Shown piece after piece: positions 51,069 through 61,028 of a DNA stretch of 61,028 bases (positions are counted from its first letter, which is position 1; every line of letters starts with the position of its first letter). The notes under the pieces are model-generated. The model did no database searches and was not told the origin of the DNA. It worked only from the letters and a program-made list of their open reading frames with translations. Made by a program: the position numbers and the translations under genes. Source of the DNA: Nemertoderma westbladi (lineage: Eukaryota; Animalia; Xenacoelomorpha); assembly GCA_032718475.1 (NCBI GenBank), contig JAUCBJ010006294.1:1-61028 (forward strand), in the 5' to 3' direction.

Positions 51069-52847
51069 ATGGCCCAAACTCGTCAAAAGTTTAAACCACC
51101 GCGACGCCCAACCAAGCAGGAAGATATACCAACTACGGGTGTATCTGAGGCCCTCCTCAAACAGGCACGGAAGACCGGCCAACTGAACGTGTCCAATCGG
51201 AGTCTGAGTTCCGTACCGGACAGTGTGTGGGAGATCAACCGAGCGCCGCCGGAGGACGAACGATTGGACACGTTCGGGGGAGGAGAACAGGAGTCATGGT
51301 GGGAACAGGAACCGCTAACCAAGCTCCTTCTATCCTCAAACCAACTCCTCGAACTGTCCCCGCAAGTGGAGCAGCTATCGGAGCTGACGATACTCGACCT
51401 ACAAGATAACAAATTAAACTCGCTCCCGCAATCCATCGGCTCTCTCCTTCAACTAAAAAGTCTCAACGTCAGCCACAATCGCCTACTCGCCTTGCCTGCC
51501 ACTTTTACTAACCTAATCAACCTGAAATCCCTCCAACTCAGCCACAACAAACTACGCCATCTAGGTATCGAAGTAAACAACTTGGTGTGTCTCGAGTTAC
51601 TAGACGTTAGGGATAATGAGTTGGCGAGTCTCCCCCCGTGTCTGGGGTCTATGACATCGCTCACCCAACTAATGGTAACTAACAACCGGCTGCAGGGTCT
51701 CCCCAAAGAGATTTGCGGAGCTGTTAATCTACGGGCGATAGAAGCGAATAGCAACCAGATGGTAGAGCTACCAAGCGAGCTCGGATGTCTAAGGAACCTC
51801 GAGCAACTGTACCTGAGACACAACCGACTCACCGGGATTCCAACTCTCTACAACGCGAGCAAACTAAAGGAACTCCACATGGGAGACAACAGGTTAACCG
51901 AGTTGCTAACCTCCAACATTGATGAGATACAAGGGGTCAGCGTGCTAGACCTAAGAGACAACAAACTAACAGATCTACCGGACACTCTGGCCTCGCTCAA
52001 ACTGTTGGAACGCCTCGACGTATCCAACAATAACATAACCTCTCTGCCTCTGTCTTTAGGATCACTCCCTCAGCTTAAATCCCTAGGGATCGAGGGAAAT
52101 CCCTTACGTTCAATCCGACGGGATATAGTTTCCCGGGGTACACAGGCGCTGCTCGAGTATCTAAGGAGCCGAGTGGTAGAACCAGAGCCGAGCGAGAAGA
52201 GCGAGTACTTCGGGAATAGCCAGGTCGCCGTCAACTACAAGACGCTGGATTACAGCGGTAAGAAGGAGGCCCTGGTGCCCCAGTCTGTCTGGTCCCAAGG
52301 AGTCAGCGCGTCAGTGGAGGTAGTCAACCTTAGCCACAACCAACTGGCTTCTCTACCCCTGGACGAGGCCCTTCCCTTAACCACGAGTCTCAGACAATTG
52401 AACCTCGCCTTTAACAAGCTCGCCCAAACTCCCAACCAACTCAACCTCTTCCTTCGTCTCTCCCATCTCGACCTGCGGAACAACCTACTCTCGGAACTGC
52501 CTCAAAACCTAAGCGACCTCGCCTCTCTCCAGGAGATCGTTATCTCCTGCAATAAATTCAACAACCTACCGGAAGTTCTATACTCAATGACATCATTGGA
52601 AACAATTCTAGCCAATGACAACGCCATCGCCATGATAGACCACAAGTCGTTGGCAAACCTAGAGCATCTGTCTTCCCTTGACCTACAGAACAACAACATA
52701 ACCCTGGTGCCCCCGGAGCTCAGTCTGATGACGTCACTAAGGTCTCTCCAGCTGGCTGGCAACCCTTTTCGTCAGCCAAGGTCCGCCATCCTAGCCAAGG
52801 GTACCACTGCCCTGCTAGACTACCTGAGAGACCGCATACAGACTTAG
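51069..52847 (+). CDS. LRRC40: Leucine-rich repeat protein 40, single coding exon, nested antisense in a TRERF1-like intron
   Basis: 592-aa ORF with many LRRs. N-terminal LLKQARKTGQLNVSNRSLSSVP..VW.IN...WWEQ..LTKL and C-terminal GNPFRQPRSAILAKGTTALLDYLRDRI are characteristic of LRRC40. Confidence 0.93.
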   Translation: MAQTRQKFKPPRRPTKQEDIPTTGVSEALLKQARKTGQLNVSNRSLSSVPDSVWEINRAPPEDERLDTFGGGEQESWWEQEPLTKLLLSSNQLLELSPQVEQLSELTILDLQDNKLNSLPQSIGSLLQLKSLNVSHNRLLALPATFTNLINLKSLQLSHNKLRHLGIEVNNLVCLELLDVRDNELASLPPCLGSMTSLTQLMVTNNRLQGLPKEICGAVNLRAIEANSNQMVELPSELGCLRNLEQLYLRHNRLTGIPTLYNASKLKELHMGDNRLTELLTSNIDEIQGVSVLDLRDNKLTDLPDTLASLKLLERLDVSNNNITSLPLSLGSLPQLKSLGIEGNPLRSIRRDIVSRGTQALLEYLRSRVVEPEPSEKSEYFGNSQVAVNYKTLDYSGKKEALVPQSVWSQGVSASVEVVNLSHNQLASLPLDEALPLTTSLRQLNLAFNKLAQTPNQLNLFLRLSHLDLRNNLLSELPQNLSDLASLQEIVISCNKFNNLPEVLYSMTSLETILANDNAIAMIDHKSLANLEHLSSLDLQNNNITLVPPELSLMTSLRSLQLAGNPFRQPRSAILAKGTTALLDYLRDRIQT

Positions 52848-53761
52848 TCACTCACTCAGCTAGCGACACACCCTCCGCATACTGGATTGGCCGTTTATTT
52901 TCTGGAATGTGTTTATTTGACCGGATACGAACCGTATTCGCGGTGTATTTAGTCGCTTCCTACCGTATTTTGCACAACAATAATTATTGTAGGCCTATTA
53001 ACCCTAAGTAAGTAAAGGAGAGAATTATTCTCTCTTACATTTGTGATTATGTATTTAGTTAGGTTAATCATTGTTGTATATCGAATCGATCATTTAGAAT
53101 TTCATTACTATATAGTCCATTACTTTATCGATATCTAATCATTCAATTAAACTTATTGTTATTGTGCTATAAATGAATCAGTAAATATAATTCATTTTGC
53201 GAGTATTTATAAAGAAGTTTCGTTTTCCTTGAGACTTTGTCTTATAAATGTCTATGTAATACATGTGGACTCCTGGATCAATATGGTTTCTTCATGAAGG
53301 GCGGGGTCTACTACATCTACAACCTAAGCTATCTCACAGAGTCACAGATAATCTCTAGTATATCCTATCGGAACATCGCTGCAGCTGTTAACTGCGTTAA
53401 TTTGTTTTACTTGAATATATCAGGCGGCGACAATGCGGTAGCTGTGAGAACAACATTGTGGCTGGCAATATAACTCCTATTACATTAACGATCAGGCCTA
53501 TATAGAATGCGGCATACATTTGGCATTATTATTCGTTAATATTTTTACCTCTACAAATAAATTTTTAACGCGCAAAAAAATGATTTTTTTACGCGGAAGA
53601 AAATCATTTATTTCACGTAAAAAAATAATATATTATTTGTCAAAAATTTGATTTTTAGAGGTGAAATAATAATTAACCAATAAAAATGCCGAATCAAATA
53701 GAACCCATATCATTCATATTAATGTTTTTTTTTTTAATAAAATGAAGTATTCAACACTAAC

Positions 53762-53928
53762 GTCTACGTATGCCGGCAAGAGAAGGCGTTTTCTAGTCAC
53801 TGAGTTATACTGATCGCTTCGGCGCGTCTGGAAATCATTAGAAGCTCCGATAGTTTGCGGATTCGACATTGGTTCGCTAGTTGGCACCATGTTTTTCTCT
53901 TTTTCCTCTTTAATGGTCGACCGGACGA
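53762..53928 (-). CDS. TRERF1: TRERF1-like exon
   Basis: ttcacag|TC (phase 1) ... GAC|GTTAGT (phase 0). Open frame, and required to reconcile the phases of the flanking exons. Confidence 0.7.
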
Positions 53929-54245
53929 CTGTGAATATATATAAAGGAATTAATAATACACTGAGCGGTGACGTCATACCTCAATTAATAGATAAACAGC
54001 TAAACAACAGGAGAAACTCTGAATTGATAAAATTAAGCTACACATTTTATGTGATTCAGATAAGAGATATGATGTGATATGATGAGTTGGTTATATTGCT
54101 AACCCTAAAACAAAACAGTTTAAGGTATTAAACCTAAGGTCAGTTTTGTACTTTTCTATATAAATTCAGAAATCTGTTATAAATCATGTTAATCAATCCT
54201 TCATCAATCAACCAATGACTGAACGAACTGAAAGATCGAAATAAT

Positions 54246-54513
54246 TAGGGGTGTGTCGGATATCCGGCCGGGCCGGAATTCTGGCCGGATTTTGAGAAAA
54301 ATATCCGGTTCCAGCTCCGGCCGGATTTAATTTTTGGCCCGATTTCCATTTCAACGAATTGTTGACAAAATTTACAATAATGTAAATTTTCGAAAAAAAA
54401 ACATCAAACAAATTTTCTTTTAAATTTCGGATATTAAAGGCCGGATTTTTTTACAAATCCGGCCCCGGTTCCGGTATGGCCGGTTCGAAAATGGTCAATC
54501 GGGCACTCCCCTA
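54246..54513. mobile_element. hAT-type MITE (268 bp)
   Basis: Imperfect TIR taggggtgtgtcggat / atcgggcactccccta. 8-bp TSD gaaataat at 54238-54245 and 54514-54521. Subterminal ccgg repeats. Confidence 0.85.
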
Positions 54514-55168
54514 GAAATAATGTTATTCTATGGGTTATGCATTTACACACATGAAGGGTACCGGTATGCTAAGGTAAGGCTACTGTAACACTAGCACTAT
54601 CAGTAGGTAGTTGTAATAAGCAAAACGAGTTCTTTTACTTATTATTCATAATTTTTAATATATGTTTTTGTTATTGACAAAAATTTTATATTTTTATACA
54701 AATTTGAAGCTGCAGGTAAGATAAATTCAGATATAGCAAATCCCGAAAAAAACCCGATATTTTTCAACCGGGATCGGGATCCGTTGCAATACTAGTACAC
54801 ATACAAATAATTAAATATTATATAATTTACTTCTACAGAAAAAAACCTGGGTGTCTTTGATCTGAAAAGAGTTCAAAAAGACGATTACAGGGGTATATAT
54901 ATAATACTATATAATCGGTATCGTTTTGTGACCGCAGTGACAATTTAAGGACAAAACAATACAATAAAATCTGAAAAAAAACCTTGGTATTCATAACATT
55001 AAATAACATCTGCATTCCAATCAAATAACTAAATGACTTTGACAACGGCAGTAAATTATATTTAACGATAATGTAGTAATAAAGTCATCTTTAACTACGA
55101 ATGTTCCTAAATTCTGGCCCAATGTATTCACTGTAGTTGTACTATGAGTAGTATGAACACAAACTCAC

Positions 55169-55363
55169 CATCTTTCGTACGAACACCCAATGAGTTAGGG
55201 AGGTCGTGTGTGAGGGAGGTAATAGCGGGAGCAACTCCCACGGAGAAGGAGCTGATAGCCGGAGGGGCACCCACTGTGTACTGCAGGGCGTACGGGGGCA
55301 GGGAAGGGGTCACTAATGTCGCACTGGGGGGCCGGGGTCCTGGCCCTTCTGTATGGGGGTACG
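55169..55363 (-). CDS. TRERF1: TRERF1-like exon (Pro-rich)
   Basis: ccgtacag|CG ... GAT G|GTGAGT, phase 1-1, open frame. Confidence 0.75.
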
Positions 55364-55840
55364 CTGTACGGAAGAATTTTATAGAAATAAAAATTAGATG
55401 ACATATTACCTCACAAATAAGAGTTTTCATTCTACATAACGTTGTATGATTTAAAACTAGAACAAGACTTTCATAGAAATTCATTAAAATATAAAACTGA
55501 CAATTTACCGGTAATGTTTAATACTATCAGTTTTACCTTCGCTATTCAATGATATTGTAATTGTAATTAACAATTCTAGCCATTATGACATTGCCGCCAC
55601 ATCCCTTCATGCCAACCCCTAACAATTTTACCGCTATGCAACTATCGCCTCACCAATAATATTGGATGAGAGTTTATGTGCGAATACCTTGAAATCGGAT
55701 ACGTCAATCGTCATAAAGCTAACACCAAGCAAAAACACCAGACACCAAGCAAAAACACCAGACACCAAGCAGTAAAATAACTATTTACTAAAAAAAATGA
55801 TAATTTTAATAATATTTTTATATTATATTGATCTACTTAC

Positions 55841-56021
55841 GAGCCACAGGAGGTAAAATATCGAAGAAGGTTGGTTGGTAAGGCGGTTGTAGACTGGCAA
55901 ATAGGGCGTTGGTGAGGGAACTAGAGGTTGCTTGGTTACTGTCGTGTGCGACCACAGATTCCGGGTGCAGGTCGACTAGCTGCAACGGTCTCAGAATCGT
56001 ATCGCTTGCACGGGGATTCCG
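55841..56021 (-). CDS. TRERF1: TRERF1-like exon
   Basis: ttttccctttag|CGG ... GCT C|GTAAGT, 181 nt, phase 0-1, open frame. Confidence 0.75.
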
Positions 56022-56173
56022 CTAAAGGGAAAAAGTAAATGAGATAATTAAATAAATTAAACAACGAAAATTGAATTCTTAAAAAAATAAAACTTAAATA
56101 TACTTAGCCTCTTAATTTGTTGTATTGGGTGAGAAACGTCAGCCGATTCTGCGCAGGGACAATCATCAGTGAT

Positions 56174-56760
56174 GTGCCGGTACCGAAATTTTCAACCGGT
56201 ATCGGAACTCCAAACTACCGGCTGTGCCGGTATCGGAACTCCAAACAACCGGCTGTGCCGGTATCGGAACTCCAAACAACCGGCTGTGCCGGTATCGGAA
56301 CTCCAAACAACCGGCTGTGCCGGTATCGGAACTCCAAACTACCGGCTGTGCCGGTATCGGAACTCCAAACAACCGGCTGTGCCGGTATCGGAACTCCAAA
56401 CAACCGGCTGTGCCGGTATCGGAACTCCAAACAACCGGCTGTGCCGGTATCGGAACTCCAAACAACCGGCTGTGCCGGTATCGGAACTCCAAACAACCAG
56501 CTGTGCCGGTATCGGAACTCCAAACAACCGGCTGTGCCGGTATCGGAACTCCAAACAACCGGCTGTGCCGGTATCGGAACTCCAAACAACCGGCTGTGCC
56601 GGTATCGGAACTCCAAACAACCGGCTGTGCCGGTATCGGAACTCCAAACAACCGGCTGTGCCGGTATCGGAACTCCAAACTACCGGCCGTGCCGGTATCG
56701 GAACTCCAAACTACCGGCCGTGCCGGTATCGGAACTCCAAACAACCGGTTGTGCCGGTAT
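56174..56760. repeat. Intronic minisatellite, 31-bp unit x ~18
   Basis: Unit ccggtatcggaactccaaacaaccggctgtg; it lacks stops, which explains the stacked spurious ORFs. Confidence 0.95.
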
Positions 56761-56984
56761 TGCTTTCGAATGGTATTCAAACGTTGTGAAATTGAATGAA
56801 TAAGGAAATATTTTTTTAGTTTGATGTGTAAATTGCGAATAAATTTAACGACCAACCATGAATTGACTATCCAACCATGAGCGTACCACATAAACGACGG
56901 GGCTAGCCCTAGGTCACATCTATAAAACTGGCAGCAAAACTTGGGCTATGAGTTGTAGCGCCCATTCCACTAGAACAAAGTCGC

Positions 56985-57210
56985 CTCCGCTTTGCAGGAC
57001 ATTGCTTTCGCCGTGAGGACCAGCCAGTGCATAATCTTGTACTTTGGCAGCCTCATGGAGTGAATAAGCATGGTGGACAGCCCATGACTTTCTTGAGACG
57101 CATCTTAAAGTACACTGGCCTTGAAGATGCGGATGATCTAGCAAATGTCATGGGTGATAGTGAGTTGTGGCGGCGCAATTTTGTCGTCAAGCCGACACAG
57201 CATTCTTAAA
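56985..57210 (+). mobile_element. 3' fragment of a LINE (RTE-like) ORF
   Basis: LVLWQPHGVNKHGGQPMTF...TGLEDADDLANVMGDSELWR resembles the W.P.G....GRP....DTG....L...M.DR..WR tail of RTE-type elements. Confidence 0.55.
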
Positions 57211-57517
57211 AATGTAATGCAGCATGCCGATCCTAGTAGTGTAGCGCCCACCCCTACGCCCTACCTTCGGGTAGCAGCAATCGAAAGAGGAGCCTTCGGG
57301 TGGGTTGCTTTGCATGCTTGCGCGTAGAATTTTGCAGGGACGACACTGATAGTAGGTATTTATTTATAAAAAAAAAATATGACATTGTTTGTGGAAATTA
57401 TATGAATAGATACAGTAGATAACCTCGAAATAGAAAATATTTTCACTTGATTTGAAAAATTCCACTCAGTAAAATGTTGAATGCATAAACAGTTACTGTG
57501 GTCTACATATAGTTTAC

Positions 57518-57616
57518 CTGAATCGAGGTAGAAATCATGTCCCTGATATCTAGTGAGGGTTGGGTTGAACGATCTGGGTGGTTAGTCGTTGCAGGCTCCA
57601 TGGCAGTGGTAAACTC
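57518..57616 (-). CDS. TRERF1: TRERF1-like exon
   Basis: ttttacag|GAG ... CAG|GTAAAC, 99 nt, phase 0-0, open frame. Confidence 0.7.
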
Positions 57617-58111
57617 CTGTAAAATGATTCATAACAATAAATTCCTTAAAGTGAATCAGTCTTTAGTATTTAATTTATTTCTAAAGCTGCAAAAGCAAAA
57701 AACCTGACCGTTAGCCGTTAGGTATAGTATGAAATTAAATAAAAATCAGTGGAGACTATAATAGGATTGAATGCATTATATTGAGAATTGACATCTGATC
57801 GGCATGTTTCACATCCACATAGAGGGGTGTGTCAAGAATCTAAATCTAGTATGACAACTACCACGGTTACAGGCGTTAGGGTGGCGGTAGTCGTACTCTA
57901 CCTGGCTATTATTATAACCAACCATATACCGTTGATAATTCCACACTATCTGCAAGTTTCAGTACAGAGATGGAAAAGCGCACTGTTCGTTCGAAAGTTA
58001 CGTAGTTTGAAGCACCAATCTAGTACACTGGAGATAGATCGGTTTGTCTGCCAAACTGCGCTAGTAGGTCCGGGCCTTGAAGCATTATGTTCCTCGCACA
58101 CTTGCCTTTAA

Positions 58112-59385
58112 GGGGGGGGGGGGGGGGGGGGGGGGGGGGTACACCACCCTATGGACCTTTTTTGCAAATGGCTATAATTTCTGCTTGTGTGTAGTTTTGT
58201 ATATTTTATACCTTTCGGGGGATTAACATATGGCCAAAGATTGGATTCAAAAAAAAAATTTCAAATTTGCGTCGCCCTCTAGCGGCCACCAGCAAAATTG
58301 TTAATTTCATTACAAACACTACTAGTCTCACAATTTTGGGCGAAAATTTTCGAAACTTGGTTTTTCTGAATCAGCATCCTCGGCTCCACAAAACTTATCG
58401 GTTACATTTTTCATTTAGGTCTTAAATATTTTTTAAATATTATTAACTAATATTAATTATTACTTATTAGATATTAACTAATTTCAAGAAATTAATATGC
58501 ACAATTCAAAATTCTAACCGATAACTTTTGATCAAAACCCGAAAAGAAATCAATCAAAAAAAAATTTCGAAAATTGGTTAAGAAATGGCCGAGTAGTAGT
58601 ATTTTGAATGTGAAAAATACAATTCCAAGATAAACGCATTTAAAGTTCAAGAACAATATATTTCAAATGTTCCCGCGCAGCAGGTGAAGGTTTCACGTAG
58701 CACTTAAATTCTTCACAAAGCACGTTAATTAATCGAGCACCTCGGAAAGCTTTTTATTTTGATCAGAATGAGAAGCCTTCACGCGGCACATGAAAAGTTC
58801 ATACAGCACATGAAGACTTCGCGCAGCACGTGAATTATTCTCAGAGCCTGCGGAATTTAAAAAAAAAATAAGTTTATGGTTGTTTCCCAGAATTATTATT
58901 ACTAGCTATTGTTATATTATGATGGTTCACATTTGTTTTTACTAGTAGACAACAAGTCCATTAGACAAACTGTTCAATATGTAATACAAATATCTATTAA
59001 ATATATATTAATTAAAATTTGACGGACATGTTGACAGACAGACAGACATACAAACAGACAGACAGACAGACAAACTGAGAGACAGATTGAGATACAGACA
59101 TAGTGATTAGATAATTCAAAATATGAAAACAGACATCAACATTAAGAAAAATCCTAACAGCAAACATTTAAGATTGCTTATTTTATGCTCTTTTTAATAT
59201 TTCGATGGACAGACAGACAGACATACAGACGGAAAACCAGCCATTACTCGAGAAATAAAAGAGATCTCGCTAAGCCGTTTCCAGATTTGAAATCCGCACT
59301 AAATTCTACTCTAGATGAAATAAAAAAAACAAAAAACGAAAATTTTGACCTGAGGGGACCCCCCCCCCCCCCACCCCCCCCCCCC
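58112..59385. mobile_element. Possible Kolobok-type non-autonomous transposon with poly-G/poly-C termini
   Basis: TTAA immediately precedes a G-run (58112) and immediately follows a C-run (59385). A TTAA TSD with GG...CC ends fits Kolobok, but the TIR beyond the homopolymer is weak. Confidence 0.5.
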
Positions 59386-60193
59386 TTAATGCAATCTTTT
59401 CATTATTGTCTTTGTAGGGGGTAATATTTTGAGTTGTTGGACACACCAACATCATTTGTGTGAACCCGTTACACAGTCTTTACACGGCCAATGAATGGAG
59501 AGCTAGCAGAGCAAGACGTGCATATAACCACATAATGATACAGGGTGACGAACTAAACACATTAGTTAACAGACTGGCGCTAGTTGCTTAAAGATTTTAA
59601 AATAACTACACTAATCCTTAATTTAATGATCTGCAAAAACTTGAAATGCTAATATTTACGCGTGTCGGCCCAATTATTATTAAACGGGAACGTGATTGGA
59701 GCAAGTTTGCGGTGCTGCTTCCCAGTGGTTCGGCCTCGCATCTCTCACAACCGCACATATTGCACGTCTCTCTCTATTATTGTGAACTTCACTCTCCTGT
59801 TAGCTGTGGCCCTACTGGCTGTAGTTTCTTAAGAAAACGTTCACTATTGAGGCTAAATCTTCCGACCATCTGAGAAAGGAATCAATGTATGACTGGGTCT
59901 CCAGTCAATTATAATTCCAGTTGTTGTACATCCTTCCTTACTAATGTGGGTTTTTGGAATTAGCAGAGTTGAATTAAAAAAATCTATAATTAATAAAAAT
60001 GTTAGTAACAGTATGTACCTGCATCATTAAAACAATTTATTAATTTTCAATTTGTATTAAATAATGCTACAATTTTAATTGATCTAAAACTAGAGTCAAT
60101 AACATGCTGGACTGATGGGAGTTTAAACAAATTAAAAACAATGCCACTCCCAACTCACAACCATATTATTAGACACAGTTAACGGCCACGCAC

Positions 60194-60380
60194 CTGATTC
60201 CCTTGTTCGGAGACCCTCTCGCACCCGGAGTATAGACCCACCCGGGACAGCCTGTCGTACCCCCCATGGAGTCGCATGTGACCGTTGAGGGCGGGTAGGC
60301 TGGGGAAGCTCCGATCGCAGACGGGACACCGAGTGATGCCGTCGTCCGGGAAACCGTCCACCGGGTACTTTAGTAAAAGC
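60194..60380 (-). CDS. TRERF1: TRERF1-like exon with C2H2 zinc finger (upstream exons lie outside the window)
   Basis: ttctgcag|G (phase 2) ... CAG|GTGCGT. CPVCDRSFPSLPALNGHMRLHGG matches the TRERF1/ZNF541 finger CxxCxxxFxxLPALNGHMRxHGG. Confidence 0.9.
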
Positions 60381-61028
60381 CTGCAGAACAGAAATGTACT
60401 GTTGTTTAAAGCACTCTCTACCGGTATGAATAACTTAATAACAAAACGAAAATGATTATTCATAAATAATATTGATATAATAATATGTAAATTGCCCCCC
60501 CCCCCCCAAATGGAGATTTGAAAATTTATTTCTCCATTCCCCCCCCCCCCCCCCCCCCTAGCGGTGAATGGTGGAATTCAAAATCATCGACAAAACGTAG
60601 AGGCTAGATTATTTAAAGAAGATTTTTTTTAATTAAATTAATAAATTTTATTTAATTAAAATTGGCAATAACATTTTAATAAGACATATTTTATAAAGAT
60701 GCAAAAATCATCAAACTTTTTGAAATGGCGGAAGAATAGAATTAGCAAGTCTTGACTTCAAGGCAGCATAACAGTCAAACCATCAAAATGTTCATTACGG
60801 GGTTTTTCTGGTCGAAGATTTCATTTCCGACGTAAATGTTAAAATTTGATGGAGTCTAAAGTGTCTGTATGTCGATCTGACAGGCAGGCGGGGCAGTCAG
60901 ACAAAGATAACCGGATAACTAAAAAGGATTTCGCTAGCCGTTTTAAGATATTCAATCTTCAATAAATTGTGTTCCAGATGAAATAATAATAATAATATTT
61001 TATGCTTTTGACCAATGACCCCCCCCCC

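Noticed and set aside
51083-52762. Minus-strand ORFs overlapping LRRC40
   Set aside because: Antisense shadows of the real coding sequence.
56117-56891. Stacked 100-240 aa ORFs on both strands
   Set aside because: Artefact of a stop-free 31-bp tandem repeat.

Overview
AT-rich animal genomic DNA with spliceosomal introns; the species cannot be determined from the sequence. Three protein-coding genes can be reconstructed by hand. (1) A + strand multi-exon Speedy/RINGO CDK-activator gene (4121 to at least 9228). (2) A large - strand TRERF1/ZNF541/MIDEAS-family gene (C2H2 finger, RHxPEPLxIP and YTPPPMLSP motifs, ELM2, SANT), with 12 phase-consistent exons from 60380 to a stop at 24742 and its 5' end outside the window. 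(3) An intronless LRRC40 gene (51069-52847, +) nested antisense in an intron of gene 2. About half of the window is tandem arrays with 19, 22, 31, 48, 50, 59 and 71 bp units. There are also several non-autonomous DNA transposons with identifiable TIRs and TSDs, including a three-level nest, and LINE remnants. The most striking pattern is that the 71-, 50- and 48-bp arrays, and a decayed 22-bp one, each begin exactly at a functional 5' splice site. Their repeat unit contains that donor, and in two cases also the last ~40 nt of the coding exon. Two introns are therefore built almost entirely from ~94 and ~250 copies of their own splice donor, and only the promoter-proximal copy gives the conserved protein. 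Gene models are inferred from splice signals and frame continuity, not from transcripts.
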